Shown here: positions 40,563 through 49,950 of the stretch, piece by piece
How the letters are laid out: each line of letters starts with the position of its first letter
Numbering within the stretch: position 1 is the first letter of the stretch
Origin: Candidatus Babeliales bacterium
Lineage (GTDB): Bacteria; Babelota; Babeliae; Babelales; JANWKD01
NCBI GenBank assembly: GCA_963701665.1
Contig: OY969622.1
Coordinates: forward strand, 480,001-544,000
Direction: 5' to 3'
Length of the DNA stretch: 64,000 nucleotides
The notes under the pieces: model-generated
Database searches by the model: none
What the model was told of the DNA's origin: nothing
What the model saw: the letters and a program-made list of their open reading frames with translations, nothing else
Position numbers and translations under genes: made by a program

Positions 40563-41848
40563 TCTTCTTCCTCTTCAGGCTCAGTTATTGATAGTGACTT
40601 TCTGTATTCTTCTACTTTCTGTTGTAGATTTTTGAATCCTTCTGCCGACATCGTTTTTCGCCGTTCTTCTTGCTCTCTTTCTATTTCTTTTGTTCTCTCT
40701 GTAGTTTCTTTTAAAGTTTGTGAAGAAATTTGGACTGATCTAGGACGTTCTTTTCCTGTCCTTTTAATAGGTAAAGGAGCATTGGAAATGAGTGAATCAT
40801 AATACTGTTCAATCAAGCTTTTTGGTCGTAATTTTAATAGTTCACTATTCAGTGCTCTTTCAAAATTATGTAGGTTATCGACGAGTGCTTGTAATGGTAT
40901 ACGAACGTTCGCATCATATTCTTGCGCTTTAAGTTGTTTGTCTTTTAATGTATTGAAGGTTGCAATGTTGAACTTATTTTTATGAATTATAGGATTTAAC
41001 TTAGAAACTTGCGTCGTTCCAAACTTGTCCATAAAGTCATTAACTTTTTCATTAAAATTTTCAACCAATTTAACGTATTTATGCAAGGTAGGCCTTAGGT
41101 ATTGTTCATAAAAATTTTTGTTACTAACTTTATACATGTCCGTTTCATGCTGAAATATTGGATCAACAAAATGAATCAATGCTTTCATATATTCTTCATC
41201 ATCTTGCATGGAAGTACCAAAAATAGAACCTTTTTGTTTTGCGCCCGGTTCTAATTGTCGTTCTCGTTGATAGTTGTTTTGAAAAATTTCTTGCAATTGT
41301 GCATAGCGTTTTTCCAGAACGTCAACATGTTTCCTGATATTATTTTCGAGATTTTGTTCGTAAGCATAGTTGCGACCATCGAGAATAACATATTCTTGTT
41401 GGATCTTCTCATTTGGATGCGGTGGATATTTCGTAATTTCCTTAGTTTGGTCGTCGATTGAGTTTAAAATTTTTATAAACGTCTGTGCGTCAGGAGTTTT
41501 TTGTAATTGTGGTCCAACCATAGCGAGACTATAAAGAGGATTTTTTGGATCAGTGCTAATATTTTTTAATCCAAAAGCAATATCGAGTTTACGACCATCT
41601 GGCGTTAGATAGGAATAATGTCGTGTGTTTGTGAGCTTAGATGCCTGCGTGGCAAGGGGTGGCGCTGGTGGCGGCGGTGGTAGTATCTGTTGTGGAATAG
41701 GCGGAAGAGGCCGCTCAGATTGTAATTTTTGATTAAGACTTTGTAAGAGTGTTGTTAAAGATTGTAGCTCATGTTGTAAACATACTGTCTGCGAAACAAA
41801 ATTTACGGTACAAAAAACGGCTATAATTAAAAGATTTTTTTGCTTCAT
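40532..41848 (-). CDS. Secreted proline-rich protein with WASP-like central/acidic C-terminus
   Basis: Signal peptide, RPLPPIP..LPPPPPAPPL, LKET, ...YRKSLSITEPEEEEEWESSEEEED. Confidence 0.75.
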   Translation of the reverse strand: MKQKNLLIIAVFCTVNFVSQTVCLQHELQSLTTLLQSLNQKLQSERPLPPIPQQILPPPPPAPPLATQASKLTNTRHYSYLTPDGRKLDIAFGLKNISTDPKNPLYSLAMVGPQLQKTPDAQTFIKILNSIDDQTKEITKYPPHPNEKIQQEYVILDGRNYAYEQNLENNIRKHVDVLEKRYAQLQEIFQNNYQRERQLEPGAKQKGSIFGTSMQDDEEYMKALIHFVDPIFQHETDMYKVSNKNFYEQYLRPTLHKYVKLVENFNEKVNDFMDKFGTTQVSKLNPIIHKNKFNIATFNTLKDKQLKAQEYDANVRIPLQALVDNLHNFERALNSELLKLRPKSLIEQYYDSLISNAPLPIKRTGKERPRSVQISSQTLKETTERTKEIEREQEERRKTMSAEGFKNLQQKVEEYRKSLSITEPEEEEEWESSEEEED

Positions 41849-41928
41849 GCAACACCACTCCTCAATCCAATTTTTTTTCAGTATTGCACCGAGTGTAAAT
41901 AATTTTATGATGTATCAGCAAGATTTTT

Positions 41929-41956
41929 AAAAAAGGGGAGGCCTTAAGCCTCCCCC
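41929..41956 (-). terminator. Intrinsic terminator after the small lipoprotein gene
   Basis: GGGGAGGC/GCCTCCCC stem followed by T run on the minus strand. Confidence 0.75.
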
Positions 41957-41963
41957 TATAAGT

Positions 41964-42119
41964 TTAGCGATATGCTTCTTTTTCGTTTTGAACGCCCGCG
42001 TGTTCAGCTCCTGAAATTCGTTCTGAACGTTCTTCTTCTTGTTGTTTTCTACCACCGCATCCTGATAAGACACAAAGTGCTGCAAAAATAATCACAAAAA
42101 AACTTCTTTTTGTAGTCAT
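41964..42119 (-). CDS. Small lipoprotein (51 aa), not in the ORF track
   Basis: MTTKRSFFVIIFAALCVLSG-CGGRK lipobox; followed by a terminator. Confidence 0.7.
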   Translation of the reverse strand: MTTKRSFFVIIFAALCVLSGCGGRKQQEEERSERISGAEHAGVQNEKEAYR

Positions 42120-42163
42120 AGGAGTAACTTTCGTTTAAGTGTAAAAATTTCTTTTATGAAGTA

Positions 42164-42292
42164 TGTCATCATGAGAAACGAAACGAAGTGTAGTGACGTA
42201 GTGATCCAGTCTATAAAAATTATTTCATTTAAAAAGGAAATTTATTAGCTCTGGATTCCTACGTGCTCACTTTGTTCGCACTCAGAATGACG
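42164..42292. repeat. Family A REP-dimer, copy 6 (variant)
   Basis: TGTCATCATGAG..GTGATCCAG..CTGGATTCCTACG..CTCAGAATGACG. Confidence 0.8.
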
Positions 42293-42353
42293 ACCCCCGG
42301 CCATAGAAGTATACTTACTTTGTTCATTTTTTAAAGTGTTCACACTGGGCCTT

Positions 42354-43523
42354 TTAAAAAAACATCTGAAAATAATGAACAATAGAAAAAATAAAGGCAA
42401 GCGCAACAGGAATTTTTACCGGCGTAAACCCAAAAGTTTTATAAGCGATATTCAAAAAAGTAAGCGTGATCAAAACTGGGTATCCGATTTGTATGAATGG
42501 GCCCGAGTGATGTAAAATTGTTGATAACCCAAAATTTGAAATAATACCGGTTACTAATAAGGTCAAAATCAAAGCTTTTTGATAGGAGATTTTCCCCTTT
42601 AGGATTTTATGCTGCAAAAATTCTGCGACAACAACTGCTAAAGCAATGATCGTTGAATAACATGCCATTAAAACGGCAATGGCAATAATGATTGCGCCAT
42701 AATCACCAAGAATTCTGAAGGAAATTGCACTGAAAAGTTCACCTTCATTAAGATGTTCTAATCCTTTTCCATGGAACACGCCTAAATAACTCATGCCGAC
42801 ATAAACAACAGCAAGTAATGAAACGCCTATGGTGCCAGCTTTAAGACCAAGCGCCGCAAGTTTATGTAATGAGTTCTGGCTTTGATTTGGCAACGATCGT
42901 TTAAGCAAGGTGATAACGATCGAAGAAAAGAAAATGGCACCTAGTAAATCGAGTGTATAATAGCCTCTAATTAAGCTTGAAATAAAAAGTTGTGGGCCAG
43001 TTTCATGTGCCACCGTCATAGCTTCACGCGATAAAAGCCCTTTGACAATAATAATGAGCAAGGAAATAACGAGTGCAGGGCTTATATAATTTCCCAATAA
43101 ATTAATAATTTTACTTTCTTTATAAGTGCCTAAATAGGTGCAACCAAGAAAAAGAATGGTAAAAACAACGAGTGGAATATTAGCCAAAAATGGTGCAACC
43201 ATGATGTGTGATAAGGTGACAATTCGAGGCATTGCAACAAACGGCCCTATGATAAGCATGCAGAATAATAAGAGAAAGAACCCGGGTTCTTTACCAATTC
43301 TATTAAAGAATGCATTATAGTCGCCATTAAAAAGAATGATGGCTATAAGTCCTAAAAGTGGCAAAATGACGCCCGTTACAATGAATCCACTGACTCCCCA
43401 AAGATTTAAATTTCCTGATTGAAGGCCAACATAAAGAGGAAAAATTAAATTTCCTGCGCCGAAGAACATCGAGAAAATAGCAAGTCCAACAGTGATACTT
43501 TTTGATTGGAATAAACGTTTCAT
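42354..43523 (-). CDS. brnQ: Branched-chain amino acid transporter BrnQ
   Basis: FSMFFGAGNLIFP, IGPFVAMPR, GYYTLDLLGA, MACYST. Confidence 0.92.
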   Translation of the reverse strand: MKRLFQSKSITVGLAIFSMFFGAGNLIFPLYVGLQSGNLNLWGVSGFIVTGVILPLLGLIAIILFNGDYNAFFNRIGKEPGFFLLLFCMLIIGPFVAMPRIVTLSHIMVAPFLANIPLVVFTILFLGCTYLGTYKESKIINLLGNYISPALVISLLIIIVKGLLSREAMTVAHETGPQLFISSLIRGYYTLDLLGAIFFSSIVITLLKRSLPNQSQNSLHKLAALGLKAGTIGVSLLAVVYVGMSYLGVFHGKGLEHLNEGELFSAISFRILGDYGAIIIAIAVLMACYSTIIALAVVVAEFLQHKILKGKISYQKALILTLLVTGIISNFGLSTILHHSGPFIQIGYPVLITLTFLNIAYKTFGFTPVKIPVALAFIFSIVHYFQMFF

Positions 43524-43647
43524 AAAAAAGACCCTAACTATAAAAAGTACATGATAAAACGGTAATGCAAATGTACTTAAAACCTTATGACGTAGTCGAA
43601 ACTACGTGAACATTAACAAAAAAAATTACGTTATATAAATGCAGCCC

Positions 43648-43797
43648 TTAGGCTGTAATAGAAGATACAGGGTGGCAGACCCCTACGCACATGGAGGTGA
43701 CGCAAAGTAGTAGGCACGGCATGAGAAGTGAGGATGCTTTGGCAGCATAATGAGAGTGGTTATTGTGCGGGAAATAGGTTTTTTCGTGCCTATTCAT
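43648..43797 (-). CDS. Candidate leader peptide (49 aa) upstream of brnQ
   Basis: AAGGAG 5 nt before ATG; MNRHEKTYFPHNNHSHYAAKASSLLMPCLLLCVTSMCVGVCHPVSSITA. Confidence 0.5.
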   Translation of the reverse strand: MNRHEKTYFPHNNHSHYAAKASSLLMPCLLLCVTSMCVGVCHPVSSITA

Positions 43798-43917
43798 TGA
43801 GACTCCTTGTGCTATAATGCTTTACGATAAAAAAAAATAAGAACAGCATTATTGATTCTTGGTCTTTCAGTATAAAAAATTCTTGTTGTCTTTGCAACAG
43901 GGCGAGGTAGATGGCTT

Positions 43918-44493
43918 ATGGTAATTGGATCTGATGGTAAAAAACGATGTTTTGGCGGTCAAGTCGGTAAAGAGTTGCTTGGAAGGTATCATGATGCGTT
44001 CTGGGGAATTCCAAACCATAATGATAGAAAGTTATTTGAAATGCTTATCTTAGAAGGTGCTCAGGCGGGTCTTAGTTGGGAAACGGTTCTCAAAAAGCAA
44101 AAAGGATATCAAAAAGCATTTCATAATTTTGATCCTTCTAAAGTTGCAGCAATGCGCGATGCTGGGCTGCGGGCTTTATTGAACAATGAAGAAATAATCC
44201 GTAATAAATTGAAAATTTTTAGTGTTCGTCAAAATGCGAGAGTGTTTTTAAACATCCAAAAAGAATTTGGTTCATTTGATAAATATGTATGGAACTTTGT
44301 TAATGAAAAGCCAATCGTTGGCCATTGGAAAAAGATGACAGATATTCCCGCGACAACAAAGATAAGTGATGCTCTTGCAAAAGATCTCAAAAAACGAGGC
44401 ATGACCTTTGTTGGTTCCACCATTATATATGCTTTTATGCAAGCAGTTGGTATGGTAAATGATCATGTTACTGGGTGTTGGAAATATATCTAG
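43918..44493 (+). CDS. tag: DNA-3-methyladenine glycosylase I
   Basis: YHD..WG, LEGAQAGLSW, IIRNKLK, FVGSTIIYAFMQAVGMVNDH..C. Confidence 0.95.
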   Translation: MVIGSDGKKRCFGGQVGKELLGRYHDAFWGIPNHNDRKLFEMLILEGAQAGLSWETVLKKQKGYQKAFHNFDPSKVAAMRDAGLRALLNNEEIIRNKLKIFSVRQNARVFLNIQKEFGSFDKYVWNFVNEKPIVGHWKKMTDIPATTKISDALAKDLKKRGMTFVGSTIIYAFMQAVGMVNDHVTGCWKYI

Positions 44494-44501
44494 GAATCAC
44501 T

Positions 44502-44786
44502 ATGCCAAAGAAAAAAACAAACTATTGGGTTCATCGCGTGCAAGAAACCTCGAATGCGATGGATCTTCCCGAGGGAATATTTACTTGGTCGCCTCCAGCT
44601 ATTGCACGAGGGTTAAAGAAAGCAGTGCTTGAAAGCACGCGCACAAAAGGGACTAAATTCCAATCGGCAATGTCGATGCTCAATTTTTACATCAATCGAG
44701 CGGGAACGAAGCTGCCTGCAAAAGATAAAGAGCGGCTTGAACAAGCGAAGATTGAACTGAGAAAAGTTTTTGGAAAAATTGATTAA
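44502..44786 (+). CDS. DUF3175-like small protein
   Basis: SNAMDL, SAMSMLNFYINRAG, LEQAKIELRKVF. Confidence 0.8.
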   Translation: MPKKKTNYWVHRVQETSNAMDLPEGIFTWSPPAIARGLKKAVLESTRTKGTKFQSAMSMLNFYINRAGTKLPAKDKERLEQAKIELRKVFGKID

Positions 44787-44977
44787 CGCGAATTCGATAT
44801 AAATTATGTAATCAGCAAGAATGTCATCCCGAGGCATTAGCCGTGGGGATCCAAACTTTAATTAAATCCTTAAAGGAACTAATTTTATAATTGGATTGCC
44901 ACGCTTCGCTCGCAATGACAATTTTGTTTTCAATGTTACCTTAGGCAGCAAAATTCAATGTATCGAATTTGCGTTAA
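44783..44977. mobile_element. Complete family A MITE (copy 7) with 17-bp terminal inverted repeats beginning TTAA
   Basis: TTAACGCGAATTCGATA ... TATCGAATTTGCGTTAA (16/17) enclosing the REP dimer. Confidence 0.85.
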
Positions 44978-45062
44978 CGTATTTTAAGGCATGTAATATC
45001 CCTTGACGTTATATGGTTATTTTTCTTAGGTTAGAGGCAATTAAATAGGAGAGAAATAATCT

Positions 45063-45623
45063 ATGAGAAAACAGGTAGTTATAGTAACGTTGCTTTGTTG
45101 CAGTGCTGGGTATTGGATTTATCAGCATTTTGTTCCCTGCACCGCGAGTATCGTTATGGAGATGCCCATGAAAATTACAAGTTCAGCATTTAATGATCAA
45201 GAAAAATTGCCGGTGGAATATACGTGTCATGGCAAAAACGTTCACCCGCCACTTTCGTTTCACAATGTTCCGGAAAATGCAAAAAGTTTAGTGCTCGTGA
45301 TGTCAGATCCTGATGCTATGCAACCAAATCCATGGATTCATTGGGTCATTTTTAATATGCCGCCAACAACTCAAGCGCTCGATCGAGATTTGAGCGCGGT
45401 TCTCGCGCAAGCAAAACGGGGGGAAAATACCGCACAAACGCTCGACTATTATGGCGCATGTCCGCCGCGTGGCCATGGCGTGCATCATTATCATTTTATG
45501 TTGTATGCACTCGACATGATGTTGGATTTACCCGAAGGATCATCATATGATGCTATCAAGAATGCGATGTTAAACCATATTATTGTGCAAGCAGATTTAG
45601 TTGGTCTCTATGAACATCCGTAA
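45063..45623 (+). CDS. YbhB/YbcL (PEBP-like) protein
   Basis: DPDA, WIHWV, YYGACPP, HHYHF. Confidence 0.9.
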   Translation: MRKQVVIVTLLCCSAGYWIYQHFVPCTASIVMEMPMKITSSAFNDQEKLPVEYTCHGKNVHPPLSFHNVPENAKSLVLVMSDPDAMQPNPWIHWVIFNMPPTTQALDRDLSAVLAQAKRGENTAQTLDYYGACPPRGHGVHHYHFMLYALDMMLDLPEGSSYDAIKNAMLNHIIVQADLVGLYEHP

Positions 45624-45627
45624 ACCC

Positions 45628-48009
45628 ATGAACTACATAAAAAATATACGTGATATTACGCTGAATGATGTTGCCTTAGTTGGTGGCAAAACTGCTTCAC
45701 TCGGCGAAATGATGCATGCTCTTTCATCAAAAAAATTCAAAGTGCCGCAAGGATTTGCCATAACAGCACAAGGATATTGGCATTTTGTGCAGGCCAATAA
45801 GCTTGAAAAAAAGATTGAAGCGATCATGCACATATTACCGCGCACGGCTCCCGAGCGCGCGGTAAAGATTGTGGGCAAAAAAATTCGTAGCTTATTTTTG
45901 CGCGCGCGACTTCCAGAAGATTTAGAAGATGAAATTATGCAAGCGTACGCTCAACTTTCAAAAGTGTATGGTAAGCACGTGCTTTCAGTTGCGGTGCGCT
46001 CGTCTGCAACAGCAGAAGATTTACCAGGGGCATCATTTGCCGGCCAACAAGAAAGTTATTTACATATTCAAGGAGCGCCAGCATTGTTGCAGGCATGTAA
46101 AGCCTGTTTTGCTTCGTTATTTACTGATCGCGCGATTGTCTATCGCTTAGAAAAAGGTTTTGATTATCGCAAAATTGCTTTAACGATCGCCGTGCAAAAA
46201 ATGGTTAGATCTGATAAAGCATGTTCGGGCGTAGCTTTTTCGTTAGATACCGAAACTGGTTTTAATAATGTTGTTATTATTAATGCATCATATGGGCTTG
46301 GCGAATCGATTGTGCAAGGTATTGTAACGCCTGATGAATATACCTTATTCAAGCCTGCACTTAAAAACGGATTTGATGCGCTTATTTCAAAAAAAGTTGG
46401 CAGCAAAAAAGAAAAATTAGTGTACGGCACGCAACGCACAAAATCTACGGTATGGAAAAAAGTTCCCCAAAAACAACAAATCATATTTTGCTTATCAGAT
46501 ACGGAAATTATTGAATTAGGGAAATTAGTGCTGGAGATTGAGCATCATTATTCGACACGCAACAAAAAATGGACGCCCATGGACGTTGAGTGGGCAAAAG
46601 ATGGTGATGACGGCACGTTGTATATTGTGCAAGCGCGCCCGGAAACTGTGCACGCTCAAGAGAATAACCGTGGGTTATTAACTGAATATATTCTTGCCGA
46701 TAAAAATCCAAAAATTAGGTTAGAAGGTCAAAGTATTGGCCAAAAAATTGTATCAGGTCCTGTAAAGATTATTTCTTCGATCAAACACGCGTCATTATTT
46801 AAACGAGGGGATATTTTAGTGACCGAGCAAACAGATCCTGATTGGCTTCCCCTCCTTAAAATTGCGAGCGGTGTTATAACCGATAGCGGTGGACGTACGT
46901 GTCACGCAGCAATTGTGAGCCGCGAATTGGGCATTCCTGCTATCGTTGGGACAGGCAATGGTACAAAAACATTAAAAAATAATGAGCAGGTGACGCTGGA
47001 TTGTAGCAAGGGAAGCAAGGGCTATGTATATGAGGGCAAACAAAATTTTACCATCAAAAAAATTAATAAAACCAAACTTGCGCAACCGCCAGTAGAACTT
47101 ATGGTCAATATTGGTGATCCAGAACAAGCATTTGCGGTGGCACAATTGCCATCACTTTCGGGCGTTGGCTTGGCACGCTTAGAATTTATTATTGCCTCAA
47201 CTATTAAAGTACACCCTTTAGCATGCCTAGAGCAGAAAATTCCTGATAAGCGAGTGCAAAAGCAACTCGACGCATTAGCTGCCGCATTTACATCAAAAAA
47301 AGATTTTTTTGTTGAACAATTAAGTTATGGCATTGCTACCATTGCTGCGGCTTTTTATCCTAAGCCGGTGATTGTACGTTTTTCAGATTTTAAAAGTAAT
47401 GAATATCGCAACTTGCTGGGCGGTTCATTTTTTGAGCCCCACGAAGAAAATCCTATGTTGGGATTGCGCGGCGCTTCACGCTATTATAGCGATCTTTATA
47501 AAAATGCCTTTGCACTCGAGTGCGAAGCAATGAAAAAAGTCTATTTTGATAAAGGATTAAACAACATCATTATGATGATCCCTTTTGTCAGGACCGTGCA
47601 AGAAGCAGAGCGTGTGCTGAAACTTTTAGCTGATAATGGGTTGAAGAGACGTCATGGATTAAAAGTGTACATGATGGTTGAAGTTCCTTCAAACGTTATT
47701 CTTTTTGACGAGTTTTGTACATTATTTGATGGCTTTTCAATTGGATCCAATGATTTGACGCAATTTGTATTAGCCGTTGATAGGGATTCTGCACTCGTTG
47801 CACCACTTTTTGACGAGCGCAATGAGGCGGTAAAAAAAATGATGGCCTGGGCGATTGAAGGCGCACGCGCATGCAAGAAGCATATAGGCATTTGTGGCCA
47901 AGCACCCTCGGATTATCCTGAATTGGCCAAGTTCTTGATTAAAGAGGGCATTACCTCATTATCCTTAAATGCTGATGCCATAATTCCTTTCTTACTTTCT
48001 TGTGCATAA
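45628..48009 (+). CDS. ppsA: Phosphoenolpyruvate synthase
   Basis: VGGK, AVRSSATAEDL, QARPET, GGRTCHAAI, ENPMLGLRG, SIGSNDLTQ, GICGQ. Confidence 0.96.
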   Translation: MNYIKNIRDITLNDVALVGGKTASLGEMMHALSSKKFKVPQGFAITAQGYWHFVQANKLEKKIEAIMHILPRTAPERAVKIVGKKIRSLFLRARLPEDLEDEIMQAYAQLSKVYGKHVLSVAVRSSATAEDLPGASFAGQQESYLHIQGAPALLQACKACFASLFTDRAIVYRLEKGFDYRKIALTIAVQKMVRSDKACSGVAFSLDTETGFNNVVIINASYGLGESIVQGIVTPDEYTLFKPALKNGFDALISKKVGSKKEKLVYGTQRTKSTVWKKVPQKQQIIFCLSDTEIIELGKLVLEIEHHYSTRNKKWTPMDVEWAKDGDDGTLYIVQARPETVHAQENNRGLLTEYILADKNPKIRLEGQSIGQKIVSGPVKIISSIKHASLFKRGDILVTEQTDPDWLPLLKIASGVITDSGGRTCHAAIVSRELGIPAIVGTGNGTKTLKNNEQVTLDCSKGSKGYVYEGKQNFTIKKINKTKLAQPPVELMVNIGDPEQAFAVAQLPSLSGVGLARLEFIIASTIKVHPLACLEQKIPDKRVQKQLDALAAAFTSKKDFFVEQLSYGIATIAAAFYPKPVIVRFSDFKSNEYRNLLGGSFFEPHEENPMLGLRGASRYYSDLYKNAFALECEAMKKVYFDKGLNNIIMMIPFVRTVQEAERVLKLLADNGLKRRHGLKVYMMVEVPSNVILFDEFCTLFDGFSIGSNDLTQFVLAVDRDSALVAPLFDERNEAVKKMMAWAIEGARACKKHIGICGQAPSDYPELAKFLIKEGITSLSLNADAIIPFLLSCA

Positions 48010-48086
48010 GCGAAATATTTGTGTATTTTATGTAATCTTTTATGCTTAATAAAAGAATTATGTTTTTTAACAGCGAAAGTATTGCA

Positions 48087-48602
48087 ATGAAAACATCTCT
48101 TAAGAGTTTATGTCTTTTAATGATACTAAGTGCTGGGCTTCCTACACAGGCTAAGGCACATGATAATGCAGCGCCCATTGTTATTGGTGCAGCAGTTATA
48201 GGGGGTACCGCTGCGCTCTATGTTACGGGTCGTTGTAGCAGCGCATTGCTTTATGCAGTAGCAAAACGACGTTTTGAAGCTGAAATGGAACTTTTGCAAC
48301 GAATGGCGTTTAAAGAGAGTGTGCTTGAGGAAGAATTAGTTCCTTACATTCTTGATTGCCATGAAAAAACAAATCAATCATTCTTCTTTACTAATGGTTC
48401 CTATAAAAATTATCCACTATTGCGCTATAAAAAAGATCTTGATTTTTATATTAATTATCTTTGGTGCTTACAGCTTTTTCGCTTTGGCACCGAAACGAAG
48501 CGAGAAATTAGCACTTTCCTTGATAAATTAAAGATGATTCGTCGCTATATAATTACCGATTATCGGTTTATAAGAGAACAGCGACAGTTTGACGAGCGAT
48601 AA
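48087..48602 (+). CDS. Hypothetical secreted protein
   Basis: Signal peptide ..QAKA; YPL motif. Confidence 0.65.
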   Translation: MKTSLKSLCLLMILSAGLPTQAKAHDNAAPIVIGAAVIGGTAALYVTGRCSSALLYAVAKRRFEAEMELLQRMAFKESVLEEELVPYILDCHEKTNQSFFFTNGSYKNYPLLRYKKDLDFYINYLWCLQLFRFGTETKREISTFLDKLKMIRRYIITDYRFIREQRQFDER

Positions 48603-48606
48603 CAAT

Positions 48607-48642
48607 AAAAGAGGCATCGAGTTATCTCGATGCCTCTTTTTT
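48607..48642. terminator. Intrinsic terminator
   Basis: AAAAGAGGCATCGAG/CTCGATGCCTCTTTT. Confidence 0.8.
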
Positions 48643-48683
48643 GATGAACTATATATTCAACTTGATAAACTTGATGGCACAGT

Positions 48684-48784
48684 TGTCATTGCGAGCCCTT
48701 GTAAAGGGCGTGGCAACCCAGATAATAAAATTAATTCATTAAAGGAATTATTAAAGTTCTGGATCCCCACGTCGCTTCGCTCCT
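48684..48784. repeat. Family A REP-dimer, copy 8, split by IS110 (remainder at 49982-49993)
   Basis: ..GGATCCCCACGTCGCTTCGCTC-CT | IS | CT-CGGGATGACA reconstitutes an intact arm. Confidence 0.9.
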
Positions 48785-48864
48785 TGTATGTTAAAACAAA
48801 AAGCATTTAAGAGTAAATTGTGATAATTTAAGAATGAAATATTGTTTAATATCGGTTGTTTGAG

Positions 48865-49005
48865 AAAAGCTGATAGATCTCGTCACGCTCCTGGTTTAGA
48901 AGAACCGTTCCTGAGTTTGAGACTATCAGCTTACACAAAATTACCTCGAACAATCACTAGAGACGTATTAGGTATACGATCTCGTATGTTTACAAGGCTG
49001 AGGTA
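48865..49005 (+). ncRNA. Predicted bridge RNA core of IS110 #1 (target- and donor-binding loops)
   Basis: Stem AAGCTGATAG/CTATCAGCTT; LTG CACGCTCCT 48884-92; RTG TCCTGAG 48909-15; LDG ACAATCACT 48950-58; RDG TACAAG 48991-96; true 5' end unknown. Confidence 0.85.
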
Positions 49006-49008
49006 TTT

Positions 49009-49950
49009 ATGAAAAACATAGCAGAAGTATATGTAGGTGTCGATATTTCAAAAAATAATCTCGATATTTATGTGTATCCTATAGGAAAATTCTTTAAAGT
49101 AGCTAACTCAGAAGTTGGCATACAGAACATAATCAAGGAATTAGCTCACTATCAAGTTACACAAATTGCCTGTGAAGCAACAGGTGGCTATGAACAATTA
49201 CTTGCCCAATTACTCAAAAAGAACCGATATTCACTTTGGATCGTTGATCCACGAAGGATAAAAGCTTTTATTATAGCTACTGGCTGTAAAAGTAAAACCG
49301 ATAAAATTGATGCTAAAAAAATTGCTGAATTCGCTTCTAAAAATTCTCCTAGTTACGAGATTGTTAACAAAAGTGAGAATCAGCATAAACTACAAGCTCT
49401 AGTTAACCGTAAAAATGATTTAGTAAAATTTTTAGCTGCTGAGAAAACACGACTTAAACATCCTTCTCACGTATTATATGTTCCTGATATAAAAAGATTT
49501 ATTGCACTCTTAGAAAGTGAAATTAAATCAATTGAGTCTCGAATACAGGATTTAGTCAAAGATGATGAAGAGTTACATACAAAATCAAACATTTTGGAAT
49601 CAATCCCAGGAATCGGTAAAGCTACAGCTGCAACATTACTTTCTTTTGTCCCTGAGCTTGGGCAGTTAAGCGACAAAAAAATATCCGCTCTAATTGGTGT
49701 CTGTCCTTATGACAATGAAAGCGGCAATTACAAAGGCAAAAAATTTATTAAGCATGGCAGGCATATTCCTCGTAAAGCACTTTATATGTGTGCATTGACC
49801 ACGGTAAAGCACCATCTTCCTTTAAGGGAATTTTACCAGCGATTAATGGATGCTAAAAAACCTTTTAAAGTAGCTATCGTTGCTATTATGCATAAGCTCA
49901 TTATAATTGCCAATGCTCTATTAAAAAGGGGCGAGTTATGTAGAGCTTGA
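49009..49950 (+). CDS. IS110-family DEDD recombinase/transposase
   Basis: GVD, CEATG, KTDKID, IPGIG, ESG (catalytic Ser), ALYM. Confidence 0.95.
   Translation: MKNIAEVYVGVDISKNNLDIYVYPIGKFFKVANSEVGIQNIIKELAHYQVTQIACEATGGYEQLLAQLLKKNRYSLWIVDPRRIKAFIIATGCKSKTDKIDAKKIAEFASKNSPSYEIVNKSENQHKLQALVNRKNDLVKFLAAEKTRLKHPSHVLYVPDIKRFIALLESEIKSIESRIQDLVKDDEELHTKSNILESIPGIGKATAATLLSFVPELGQLSDKKISALIGVCPYDNESGNYKGKKFIKHGRHIPRKALYMCALTTVKHHLPLREFYQRLMDAKKPFKVAIVAIMHKLIIIANALLKRGELCRA

Noticed and set aside
43665..43690. AGGGTGG resembling a T-box upstream of brnQ
   Set aside because: It is on the wrong strand for brnQ and lacks the following ACC and a stem I.
48589..48810. Short ORFs sharing KFWIPT or RGNP peptides (also 6469-6799, 32565-32753, 44613-44837, 4939-5163)
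   Set aside because: They are translations of family A repeats, not a protein family.
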